The translations under genes were made by a program, and so were the position numbers. This document shows, piece after piece, positions 37,887-46,819 of a stretch of DNA of 64,000 nucleotides. Each line of letters begins with the position of its first letter. Position 1 is the first letter of the stretch. The DNA lies in IMG/VR virus record IMGVR_UViG_3300027996_002186, positions 1 to 64,000 of that record; one strand, given 5' to 3'. The notes under the pieces are model-generated. The model was not told where the DNA came from, did no database searches, and worked only from the letters and a program-made list of their open reading frames with translations.

Positions 37887-38504
37887 ATGAATCTTAAAAT
37901 AAAATTATTATCATTACTAATGTTATTCACATTTAGTGGTATTTCTCAAATAAATTATGAAAATTGGTCAACTCTGAATGTTTGTGGTGGTGTAAGTGAT
38001 AAATTCAAGGTATACATGGAATTAGAACAAAGGTTCAATCATACAAACAAAAAAATAAGATATCTACATGGTGATATTGGATTGGTATATAAAGTAGGTG
38101 ATAAATTATCTATTGGTGGTTATTACAGAGAGTTATATGAAACTAAAAAGGGTGTTCGTGTTTCTGAAATTAGACCACATTTGGATATCTTTTATAAATT
38201 CAATAAGAATTGGAAAGTAAGAATAAGAAATGAATATCAAATAAAAGAATTTGATGATGATATTTATAGACTGAGAATAAGAGGTACTTACAAATTGAAC
38301 AAATTTGAAAATTTCAATCCATTAATACAAACAGAGGTTTTTTTAACACCAAATGGGTTAGTTAGGAATAGATTAAATATAGCGACCTCAATAAAGGTAG
38401 GTGATAAATTAATTATAGAACCTGGTTACTTATTAGAATCTAATAATAAGTCAGGATGGACTAACATACACATTTTGTGGGTTAATACAAAAATTAAATT
38501 TTAA
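37887..38504 (+). CDS. DUF2490-like outer-membrane beta-barrel protein
   Basis: Signal peptide, alternating beta-strand pattern, E.RP and R.R.E motifs, terminal Phe. Confidence 0.75.
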   Translation: MNLKIKLLSLLMLFTFSGISQINYENWSTLNVCGGVSDKFKVYMELEQRFNHTNKKIRYLHGDIGLVYKVGDKLSIGGYYRELYETKKGVRVSEIRPHLDIFYKFNKNWKVRIRNEYQIKEFDDDIYRLRIRGTYKLNKFENFNPLIQTEVFLTPNGLVRNRLNIATSIKVGDKLIIEPGYLLESNNKSGWTNIHILWVNTKIKF

Positions 38505-38631
38505 TAGTTTATTTAAGTAAATTACAATATTCTTTGAAGTGTTTGATTCTATCATATAATTTTATTGAAAAATAAAGCCGCTGATGCTAAAGGATATTTA
38601 TCAACCACTATATTAAAAGGTGTGGTTATGG

Positions 38632-40113
38632 TTATTGACAATCATAACAAGGTCGTTCACCTCTCCCACTACAATCAGAACATTCTATGGTTGAATTACC
38701 ATCACATTCAGTACAATCTACTTTACCCCTAGCATCACAATCCTCACAATCTACATCATGTTCTTCACCATCAGATCCTTCTTCTGTTATAGTTCCTCCA
38801 CCATCACAATTTGAACAATTTTCTGTACCATATCCGTCACATTCTGGACAGTCTCTTTCACCACTACCACCACAATCATAACATTCCACTTCGCCTCCAC
38901 CACCACATCCCTCACATCTATAATGTGAGCCTTCAGTATCTTCTAATATATAACAATTACCACATTCATCTATTGATAGTGTACCATTATCTTTATTCCA
39001 ATATTTCAAAGTGTCTAAGTAAGGATATTTTTCATATTCACCTGGTTTTATATCCACGATTATGTTCAAATTTGTATCATCACCATTAGGATCAATACAA
39101 CTACCATTGGCGTTGGATGCGTTTCCACGTTTTGTATACCAACCATTCTCTTTAGCATAATCCTTAAATAATTGAACATCAGAATCATTGGCTGTGTATA
39201 TTCTATCCATAAATCTTTTACCATCTCTCAATTTCCAAAGTAATGCTCTTCCTAAAATTTTATCTGTATCATCATCTGATTTATAAATAACCAAAGTACA
39301 AACTTCTGGATTAGAAATATAGATATCAAAAAATTCCTCATCAACAGCGGACATACAAGAACTACCTAATACGCCCCTCCTTGTCGAGTAATGTGAATAG
39401 TGATACCAATATCCTATTTTATCACCAGTAACTTCTTCAAATAGTGAAAATTTATCATTAAATTTATCAATTGTTGCTTTATATAAATTAACAAATACTT
39501 CAATATCCTTATCAAGGAATTCTATATCATTAGTTTTAAGTAATGCTCTAATAGCTCTACCTACTTTAACTTCTTGTCTATTCGTTGACCAAATTTTATC
39601 CAATCTATCATCAACCTTTCTAATCTTTTCGGCATTTATGACCAATTCTGTACTTGGGAATTTAACATAAACAAATCTCTTACCCGATTCTTCCGAAACT
39701 GTTTCTTTAATAATTTCTCCTAGTTCATCATTTTCTGGTTTTATCAATTCCTCACCAGGTGTGAATCCTAAAGCATCGAAAATAGTTTTATTTTTATATT
39801 CTCCTCCTTCATTTTTATTAAAAGTTAACCAACCACCATTATTACCAACAAATCTAACCTTAATATTTTCCTCACTCAGTATTTGTTGTGCTCTTCTATC
39901 TGGTATAAATGATACTTTATCATTTTTATCCATTACTATATCAAAATAATTAGACCTAACGTCTAAATCTTTATTCTCAACATCTAAAAGTGATTTGGAT
40001 ACTGGGTTCTCTATTTTTGAAAGAGTGAGTCTAAATTTATCAGAATAAACGACATCCGACTCCAATATTAACTCTAATGACTCATTTATGAAATCAAAAT
40101 ACTTTTTTAACAT
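38632..40113 (-). CDS. N-terminal-motif protein with 8 DnaJ-type CxxCxGxG repeats
   Basis: MLKKYFDFINESLELILES; LGSSCM..GRALLW..FMDRIYT core; paralog of 27949..29415. Confidence 0.85.
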   Translation of the reverse strand: MLKKYFDFINESLELILESDVVYSDKFRLTLSKIENPVSKSLLDVENKDLDVRSNYFDIVMDKNDKVSFIPDRRAQQILSEENIKVRFVGNNGGWLTFNKNEGGEYKNKTIFDALGFTPGEELIKPENDELGEIIKETVSEESGKRFVYVKFPSTELVINAEKIRKVDDRLDKIWSTNRQEVKVGRAIRALLKTNDIEFLDKDIEVFVNLYKATIDKFNDKFSLFEEVTGDKIGYWYHYSHYSTRRGVLGSSCMSAVDEEFFDIYISNPEVCTLVIYKSDDDTDKILGRALLWKLRDGKRFMDRIYTANDSDVQLFKDYAKENGWYTKRGNASNANGSCIDPNGDDTNLNIIVDIKPGEYEKYPYLDTLKYWNKDNGTLSIDECGNCYILEDTEGSHYRCEGCGGGGEVECYDCGGSGERDCPECDGYGTENCSNCDGGGTITEEGSDGEEHDVDCEDCDARGKVDCTECDGNSTIECSDCSGRGERPCYDCQ

Positions 40114-40151
40114 AATTATATTTCAGTTTTTATATATATTAAATACTATTT

Positions 40152-40433
40152 ATGAAATATATTAAACCATATAAAATTTTTGAATCAAGATACACTCTTG
40201 AGGAATACTTATATGCTGTTTCACAAGAATTTAGTAAGTATAATATCTCTGCGGTCGGTGTTCGAGAGTTGTTAGATAATTATAAAGTAGCTATCGAAGA
40301 TGCTATATCAAGTGATGTTGATCCATATACATTTGTAAAAAATATTGCTAATGATATGCAATTATCTGATAATGGTGGTTTCATGAGTCATGACACACCG
40401 CCTCCGCAACCAACAACGATTAAATATCTATAA
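40152..40433 (+). CDS. N-terminal-motif protein
   Basis: MKYIKPYKIFES. Confidence 0.8.
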   Translation: MKYIKPYKIFESRYTLEEYLYAVSQEFSKYNISAVGVRELLDNYKVAIEDAISSDVDPYTFVKNIANDMQLSDNGGFMSHDTPPPQPTTIKYL

Positions 40434-40526
40434 TCTATATCTTTTTTCTCATTATATAGGAAAACATAAACTTGAGCAGATTATTGAATTGAAAAGTTAA
40501 TATATACAGAAAGTATTAATTTTATT

Positions 40527-40907
40527 ATGAGAATAAAGAGATTCAATGAAATAGAAAAATCAGGAGAAATATCTGAAGGTATAGATGCTGATATCTTAGG
40601 TATCACAACTAACACTGGTAGAAGAACCGGAACTAGAAGTCCTAATAGAAGAACTCAATACTTTTATGATTACTATACTGGTAAGAAAATTAGTGGTAAA
40701 TCTAAATATGAATTAAACTCTAAAGTTTTTGACTTGGCTAAGAGAGATGATGAACTTGGTTTATTAGCTCAATTTTGTTTACAAGTTGAAAGAGATTCAA
40801 TGACTACTGATTATAGTATTACAGGACAAATGGATAAAGGTGGTTTGTCTGATGAATTTATACAAAAGATTAAAAATATCAGTGATAATATTGAAGGTGA
40901 AGAGTAA
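40527..40907 (+). CDS. N-terminal-motif protein
   Basis: MRIKRFNE...EISEG; TTAATATATA upstream. Confidence 0.8.
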   Translation: MRIKRFNEIEKSGEISEGIDADILGITTNTGRRTGTRSPNRRTQYFYDYYTGKKISGKSKYELNSKVFDLAKRDDELGLLAQFCLQVERDSMTTDYSITGQMDKGGLSDEFIQKIKNISDNIEGEE

Positions 40908-40918
40908 ATAAACTTGTT

Positions 40919-41140
40919 TCAATTTAATCTAACTATAACACACCCATAATTTGTAGGGTGATCAATAACATTAAAATTATAATCATAACAAGTTTCTTTA
41001 ACGATTTCTTTCATACGATTACTAATACCCGTTATAATTTCAATCTCAATCTCATTTTTTTGCATCATTTCCCAAAAGAAGGTATCTAACCTCCTTGACA
41101 CAAACTCATGTTTAATTCCATGTAAATCTAACTTTTTCAT
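40919..41140 (-). CDS. small Smr/MutS2-domain protein
   Basis: KLDLHG...IITG...NYG.VIV. Confidence 0.75.
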   Translation of the reverse strand: MKKLDLHGIKHEFVSRRLDTFFWEMMQKNEIEIEIITGISNRMKEIVKETCYDYNFNVIDHPTNYGCVIVRLN

Positions 41141-41157
41141 TTTAATATATATCTTAT

Positions 41158-41412
41158 ATGAGATATCTGAGAACATACAAAAAGTTTACGGAAAATGCTT
41201 ACGTAGCAGCATCCACTGCTGGTTCTGGTAGTGTAGTTGCTGCTCAACCTGGATCCTTACCTGGTACATTCGGAACAGATGGGTCTGGTGATATTGGGTT
41301 TACCTTTAAGAAGGAGAAAAGAAAAAAAGGTGATGTTACCGAGGTTAGTGATTTGAGAGACCTAGAAGAGGTTGAAATTGAGAAGGTTGATGATATAAAA
41401 ATCAAAAATTAA
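41158..41412 (+). CDS. N-terminal-motif protein
   Basis: MRYLRTYKKFTEN; TTAATATATA at 41142-41151. Confidence 0.8.
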   Translation: MRYLRTYKKFTENAYVAASTAGSGSVVAAQPGSLPGTFGTDGSGDIGFTFKKEKRKKGDVTEVSDLRDLEEVEIEKVDDIKIKN

Positions 41413-41427
41413 TAAGTTATTTAAAAT

Positions 41428-41696
41428 AAAAAAGAAACTGATTTACATCTGTGTGATCAGATATAATTTCAGTCTCTTTTCTTACGAGTCCAGAAGTTCA
41501 CAATTTCATTTACTCTACTACACACCTTTTAATTCAACCGTATCGGTATAGCTAATACTAATCTACTGCGGATTAAACAGATAAAGAATCCATAACCTCG
41601 GTAAAAGTTATCCCAATTTTCATCACAAGTTACCGCGAGTGATTTATATGAGAGTGATTAAACACTTTTTTAATTTCGGTATAAATTAAATACCTT
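41428..41696 (-). ncRNA. candidate ~265-nt structured ncRNA
   Basis: TATATTTG box (41701-41708); ORF-free; potential kissing loops; long terminal hairpin plus U-run. Confidence 0.5.
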
Positions 41697-41709
41697 AATA
41701 CAAATATAG

Positions 41710-41985
41710 TTATTTTATTTTAATATTTGATCTTTTTTTATTATTATATTTCTGAGCTTTCTCCTTGATATCGGTCAGAGACATACCAAATATTAATGCG
41801 ATTATTATTATAACTACTGACAATAAAGCAGTTGATATGATAATCAAAAATGGTATCCATAATGGAGATGTTACCCACCACCAAGACCAAGTTGCGACCA
41901 TACCTACTTCAGCTAATTTTAATCCCAAAAATAGGAGGAAAATTAACACAGGTAAACTCAAACCACTGTTATTAGATTTTGACAT
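41710..41985 (-). CDS. membrane protein (WSWWWVxxPLW family)
   Basis: LKL.....WSWWWVTSPLWIP motif. Confidence 0.8.
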   Translation of the reverse strand: MSKSNNSGLSLPVLIFLLFLGLKLAEVGMVATWSWWWVTSPLWIPFLIIISTALLSVVIIIIALIFGMSLTDIKEKAQKYNNKKRSNIKIK

Positions 41986-42057
41986 ACAATCTTTTTTATT
42001 TTATACCTATTTCTTATAATAAGTTTTCTATTTTTTTTTGTGAATATATGAGATTGA

Positions 42058-42252
42058 TTATGTAACTGAGACTTTTCTTATTTCAATGTATTCACTTTCA
42101 TATCCATCATATAAGTCTTTCCTATCCAAAGTCCAACGGCTCACACCCAATTGCTCATTACCATAATGAGCGTATAATTTTCCGAGGTTAACAAACACCT
42201 CTACTCTGTTCGTCAATTTCCAACGAATATAAATTATAGTTTGACTTCTCAT
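42058..42252 (-). CDS. hypothetical protein
   Basis: 64-aa ORF. Confidence 0.6.
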   Translation of the reverse strand: MRSQTIIYIRWKLTNRVEVFVNLGKLYAHYGNEQLGVSRWTLDRKDLYDGYESEYIEIRKVSVT

Positions 42253-42276
42253 ATATATTATAAAAAGAAGAGAGAA

Positions 42277-43056
42277 TTATACTCTCTCTTCCCAAAGTTC
42301 ACCAATATTAAGTAATCGATGTTGTATACCATACATATTTATAGTAGCACTTCTGTGGAAGTGACCATAATAGTGGTGTGTGATATCATTACCATTTAAT
42401 CTCAATAAATGAAACATATCTGTTATTTGATTTCGTTCAAATAACAGATCGGTTTTTAATTCTGTATCACCAGTATCTCTAATTATACCTTCAACAAAAG
42501 GACCAAGTCCAATGCTATTATCAACAGGACAATAATCGGGTGAGTTATGTGTAACTACAATATCGATGTCTTTCATGTTAGCTATTTTATCACGATCTAA
42601 TACGAATACTTCATCTTTCCACCAACTTTGACCTGGGTGTATTGTATAGTCACCTTTTCTTTGTTTATCAGTTCTTCTCCAATTTCTATCAACACTCACA
42701 GCACCACCAACACAAAGTATATTTTTTGTTTCGGTAAATCCTAATGTATCTAATTCTAAATTAAGGATGGTGTAGTCTGGAATAAGTTTAATATTACTAA
42801 ATCCAAATGGGTCATTATCGAAATAAGGTTTGAAGTCATGATTACCACGAATTGCGTATAACATGATGTTATTCTTCTCAAGAATAGTATTTACATATCC
42901 TAATGTTCGGCGCTCTTTCTCAAGAGTAGCAAAACCAACACCAAAGTCACCAACTTGAATTATGATAGCATCTTTTATATCATACTGCTTAACATATTGA
43001 TTAATCAAGTTAAAATTTCCGTGGATATCACCGAGATATAAAATTCTTTTTTTCAT
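42277..43056 (-). CDS. calcineurin-like metallophosphoesterase
   Basis: GDIHG, GDFG, RGNHD, VTHNSP, YGHFH; TATATTTG at 43061-43068. Confidence 0.93.
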   Translation of the reverse strand: MKKRILYLGDIHGNFNLINQYVKQYDIKDAIIIQVGDFGVGFATLEKERRTLGYVNTILEKNNIMLYAIRGNHDFKPYFDNDPFGFSNIKLIPDYTILNLELDTLGFTETKNILCVGGAVSVDRNWRRTDKQRKGDYTIHPGQSWWKDEVFVLDRDKIANMKDIDIVVTHNSPDYCPVDNSIGLGPFVEGIIRDTGDTELKTDLLFERNQITDMFHLLRLNGNDITHHYYGHFHRSATINMYGIQHRLLNIGELWEERV

Positions 43057-43122
43057 ATTACAAATATAAGTAAAATTTACAGAAGGCAAAAATTATTTAT
43101 AGTATATCATGATGTTACATGA

Positions 43123-43335
43123 TTAACTTATACTTTTGAACCTTTTTTTACCACTCTCTACATTAGAATTCCAATTATCGAGGGGTCTAGCATGGTATGA
43201 TCCGAAAAGAATTGATTTGTAGATAACTAGCTTATCACCATTCTCGCTATGTGGGGCCATAAATAAAAATTCATATACACCACCTTTATAATGCCTGTAT
43301 TTCCCACCAGGCTCGGGATATTTTACTTTTTCCAT
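43123..43335 (-). CDS. DUF1653-like protein
   Basis: GKYRHYKGG.Y.....HSE....VIYK.......RP. Confidence 0.85.
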   Translation of the reverse strand: MEKVKYPEPGGKYRHYKGGVYEFLFMAPHSENGDKLVIYKSILFGSYHARPLDNWNSNVESGKKRFKSIS

Positions 43336-43366
43336 ATAAATAATATGTAGTAAGTAAGTGAAAGTT

Positions 43367-43810
43367 TTAATTTTTTATTAAATATCTCACAACAGAATCC
43401 CAATTTTCGAATTTATCAGAACCAAAGTGTAACCACTCTCCTTCAAATTCTGGTTGTCCATCAGCGTCACTATCATCAATTAGGTATTCACCCTTCAATA
43501 ATGATTTGTCACCACACAGAACCATTCTTTGAACAACGTCAAATCCTAAGTGGTCCCAAATCCATTGTGCCTTTTCTGTGAAACAATTTACGTTTCTAAA
43601 TGAAGGTCTTGTTAGAATCCAAACATCATATTTTTCTTCTAGTTTCCTAAATGAATCAATTGCACCAGGCATTTCTTCTAATTTAAGAAAAAATCCCCAT
43701 TGAGATTGTGGATATTTTTGCTCAGGATATTTTTCTAAAGCTTCTGATGCGGCTTTGAAAAAATCACAAAGGACTCCATCCATATCTACGTAAACTTTTT
43801 TTCTTTTCAT
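43367..43810 (-). CDS. 5'(3')-deoxyribonucleotidase (HAD, NT5C-like)
   Basis: YVDMDGVLCDF, EK..W, DKSLLKGEYLIDD. Confidence 0.92.
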   Translation of the reverse strand: MKRKKVYVDMDGVLCDFFKAASEALEKYPEQKYPQSQWGFFLKLEEMPGAIDSFRKLEEKYDVWILTRPSFRNVNCFTEKAQWIWDHLGFDVVQRMVLCGDKSLLKGEYLIDDSDADGQPEFEGEWLHFGSDKFENWDSVVRYLIKN

Positions 43811-43965
43811 AATATTTCTTTTAATTTTCTACTTCGAAAAATGTTACTTTCTATGAAATAACAAGTAAGGTACTTATAAGTGTGTTCATAATATAATATA
43901 CAGAATTAATATATAATATTATAATTATAGTTGATAATTATAGATTAGTTTAAATAAGGAACAAC

Positions 43966-44499
43966 ATGAAACATATAAAAAGATTTGATGAGGTTATTAA
44001 AGTCGATATTAAAGTCGGTGATACTGTCCTTGGTGGTCGATTTAAGAATAAGAAAACCCTTGTTAAGAAAATAGGTAAAAATAAAAAAGGTGATATAACT
44101 ATTAATGATAAGCCTTTGCTTAAATATAGAATCATAAAAGAAGATGTTGATATTAAAGATGTTGTTACTTATTACTTATCACATTTAATAGATGATGGAT
44201 TCGTAGCTTATGATGGAGATGAATTTATAAGAATTTTCAAACCAAAGTATGGTGATGTTTATACTTATACGAATTTAATAGAATTTAATTTTGCTGAAAT
44301 AGCTGGTGATATAATCAGGTTTGTTAATTCAGTGGACGATATTAAAAATATATCATATATGACAATTGCTGAAAAACCAAAAGAGTATAAAATGCAAGGT
44401 GGTGGTGTGTTATTTGATAATTTGGAAAGAAATGTTATTGATATTAATAATTTAGAACAAGTCAATATGGATATGTATTCATTGACTATATTATTTTAA
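43966..44499 (+). CDS. N-terminal-motif protein, paralog-family domain
   Basis: MKHIKRFDE; internal IIKE-D; YLSHLIDDGF. Confidence 0.8.
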   Translation: MKHIKRFDEVIKVDIKVGDTVLGGRFKNKKTLVKKIGKNKKGDITINDKPLLKYRIIKEDVDIKDVVTYYLSHLIDDGFVAYDGDEFIRIFKPKYGDVYTYTNLIEFNFAEIAGDIIRFVNSVDDIKNISYMTIAEKPKEYKMQGGGVLFDNLERNVIDINNLEQVNMDMYSLTILF

Positions 44500-44551
44500 T
44501 ATAATGTAAACTTTTACATGGTCAAGAAATAAAAGAAATAAATCTTTAAAA

Positions 44552-44815
44552 ATGTCAAAATCAGAAAACGTTAAAGTTAAGAAGAAAACCACTAAGAAAC
44601 CTAGTGCTAAAAAAACTACTCAGAAGAAAGTAGTTAAGAAACCTAAAGTTATTAAAGACCTAAGTTTATGGGCCTTAAACGAGAATAACGAAATCGAAAA
44701 AGTTATTGTACCACTTAAATATAAATTGGATTATATTAAAAGATTCGGTGTTATGGAAATAACAAATAAAACGGAGTTAAAAACTTGGTTAGAAAATATT
44801 AAATTAGTAGGATGA
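44552..44815 (+). CDS. Lys-rich hypothetical protein
   Basis: Histone-like basic N-terminus. Confidence 0.7.
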   Translation: MSKSENVKVKKKTTKKPSAKKTTQKKVVKKPKVIKDLSLWALNENNEIEKVIVPLKYKLDYIKRFGVMEITNKTELKTWLENIKLVG

Positions 44816-45258
44816 TTAAAATATCAATGGGTTCGGACCATGCTGGTTTTGAATTAAAACAGGAAATTAAAAAATACCTTCACACACTTGGTAATAAAGT
44901 TGAAATAAGTGATAAGGGTTGTTTTGTTGAGGAAAGGTGTGACTACCCAGACTATGCACATTTAGTTGCAGAAGATGTTGAAAAAGATATATGTGATTTT
45001 GGTATATTAGTTTGTGGATCAGGTAATGGTATAAATATGTCAGCTAATAAATGGGATGGTGTTAGATCTGCATTATGTTGGAACTCCGAAATAGCTAATA
45101 TGGCGAGACTTCATAACGATGCTAATATACTAACACTACCTGGGAGATATATTTCGGTAGAAGACGCAATAGAGTGTGTGTGTGAGTTTATGAAGACCGA
45201 ATTTGAAGGTGGTAGACACTCCGATAGAGTTGAAAAAATATCTATTTGTAGATCCTAA
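44812..45258 (+). CDS. rpiB: ribose-5-phosphate isomerase B
   Basis: GSDHAGFELK, DYPD, CGSGNG, ANK..GVR, ARLHNDAN, FEGGRH..RV. Confidence 0.96.
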   Translation: MIKISMGSDHAGFELKQEIKKYLHTLGNKVEISDKGCFVEERCDYPDYAHLVAEDVEKDICDFGILVCGSGNGINMSANKWDGVRSALCWNSEIANMARLHNDANILTLPGRYISVEDAIECVCEFMKTEFEGGRHSDRVEKISICRS

Positions 45259-45363
45259 AATTGGTAAAAATAAATTCGATGAAATTTATTAAAATTTCAA
45301 GGTTTTGGTATAAAGTGATAATATAAAGTTAATAGATATATTACAAAAAATAACATCTTACTT

Positions 45364-45597
45364 ATGAAAAATTTCGATAACAACCTTAGAGAATTTACTA
45401 TTTCACATTTAAATGGAAATAAAATAGATGAAGATTATAAATTTCTTGTTGAGAAATTTATTTTTTATATGGATGCTTATTGTGCTGAAATGAAAACCAC
45501 AGATAGTGAAGTTTTAAACAATGATAAGTTATATAAAACGGTATCTTCTCTTTTTAAGAGTGTTATTATGGAGAAGCAACTTAATATGGTTGTTTAA
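45364..45597 (+). CDS. hypothetical protein
   Basis: 77-aa ORF. Confidence 0.7.
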   Translation: MKNFDNNLREFTISHLNGNKIDEDYKFLVEKFIFYMDAYCAEMKTTDSEVLNNDKLYKTVSSLFKSVIMEKQLNMVV

Positions 45598-45999
45598 TTA
45601 AAAGTTTGTGTGTGCTACACCATCACCGAATGTAACATATTCCTTTTCTTTTTCTTTTGTAAAAGAAAGATATTTATCAATAGGATAATGTTCACGATCT
45701 TCGGTATCTTTTTCGAACCATTCTGATATTTTCATTAAGTCACGTATCCTCTCAATTATATCTTTTAGGTTTGAAGAATCTGGTGTTTCCTTATATTCTT
45801 TCCATTGAATTCTAACAAATATTTGATCACTTTTGGGTAACATCTTACTAACATTTATAGAAAATCCTTCGTCTTCCAATTCCATACAAATATCCTTTAT
45901 CGTTTGTACCAAACAATCTGTTTCTTCGTTATCATATCCCATTCTACAAGGTTTGGAAACGTTTGAGTTAAATTCATTTATAGATTTTAGATATCTCAT
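45598..45999 (-). CDS. N-terminal-motif protein, paralog family
   Basis: MRYLKSINEF; TIKDICMELEDEGF...IIERIRDLM. Confidence 0.8.
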   Translation of the reverse strand: MRYLKSINEFNSNVSKPCRMGYDNEETDCLVQTIKDICMELEDEGFSINVSKMLPKSDQIFVRIQWKEYKETPDSSNLKDIIERIRDLMKISEWFEKDTEDREHYPIDKYLSFTKEKEKEYVTFGDGVAHTNF

Positions 46000-46517
46000 T
46001 TTTCGTAAGGAGCAAATATGTGTTCCCAGGGGATAATATCTTCTGTGTGATACATAGCAATATCAAATCTAATACCATGTTCACCATCACCTTGAAATAC
46101 CGAGGACTCTAAAGAAAAATTAAGTATTTTGAATTTATACCCAAAATCTTTTATTTTAATTAACGAATCAGAAAACTCATTAAAGAATTCAATTGTACTA
46201 GACATTTGTTTATCATTTACATCTCTAATTGATGATGATAAATCATCAAATCTTAATCTAAGTGTATATCCTTTATAAAGAGGTTTATCTATGTAATTTA
46301 TTCTATCTCTAACTTCAAAGTTTTCATCAACTAAAGTATGTGTTGAGTTTTTAATTCCTATAATTTTACCACCTAAATCAACCAATTCTAAGAAAAATTC
46401 TTTTAACTCACCATCTCTATTATATTCAGATCTCATGATAGCTAATTCAAACCAACCATCTCCCTCGCCCGATTCGTTTATCATCTCTACATTATTATAA
46501 TTCTTTAAGTATTTCAT
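45996..46517 (-). CDS. N-terminal-motif protein, paralog family
   Basis: MKYLKNYNNVEMINES; LKEFFLELVDLG. Confidence 0.8.
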   Translation of the reverse strand: MKYLKNYNNVEMINESGEGDGWFELAIMRSEYNRDGELKEFFLELVDLGGKIIGIKNSTHTLVDENFEVRDRINYIDKPLYKGYTLRLRFDDLSSSIRDVNDKQMSSTIEFFNEFSDSLIKIKDFGYKFKILNFSLESSVFQGDGEHGIRFDIAMYHTEDIIPWEHIFAPYEK

Positions 46518-46527
46518 TAACTATATA

Positions 46528-46748
46528 TTATTTTCCTTTGAAGAAATTCCAAAATCCACCGACTTTCTTTTTAGGATATTCAACTGCTTGTGGTTTGATT
46601 GGTTCTTCTGGTTTATTTAACTCTCCATTACTATACCACATATTTCTCTTATCTTTAGATAGTCTTGGTATTCTGGGGAATCGGTGTTGACTCCATTTTT
46701 ATTTAATATCGATTTAGCGTATGCTATATTTTCATTAATAATACTCAC
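46528..46748 (-). pseudogene. internally deleted/frameshifted late gene relic
   Basis: TTTATATATA-caac-GTG: MSIINENIAYAKSIL...KIREICGIVMES* then out-of-frame tail ELNKPEEPIK...GGFWNFFKGK*. Confidence 0.5.
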
Positions 46749-46765
46749 GTTGTATATATAAAAAC

Positions 46766-46800
46766 AAAAAAACCCAATCACTTTTGGTGATTGGGTTTTT
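46766..46800. terminator. intrinsic terminator after slyD-like gene
   Basis: AAAAACCCAATCAC-TTTTG-GTGATTGGGTTTTT. Confidence 0.88.
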
Positions 46801-46819
46801 ATATCAATATGTTTGGTTA

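Noticed and set aside
41590-41660. Purine riboswitch (CTCATATAA start, kissing loops)
   Set aside because: Lacks the conserved J2/3 TTTCTAC and P1 closure, and there is no downstream gene on that strand to regulate; kept only as an unknown ncRNA.
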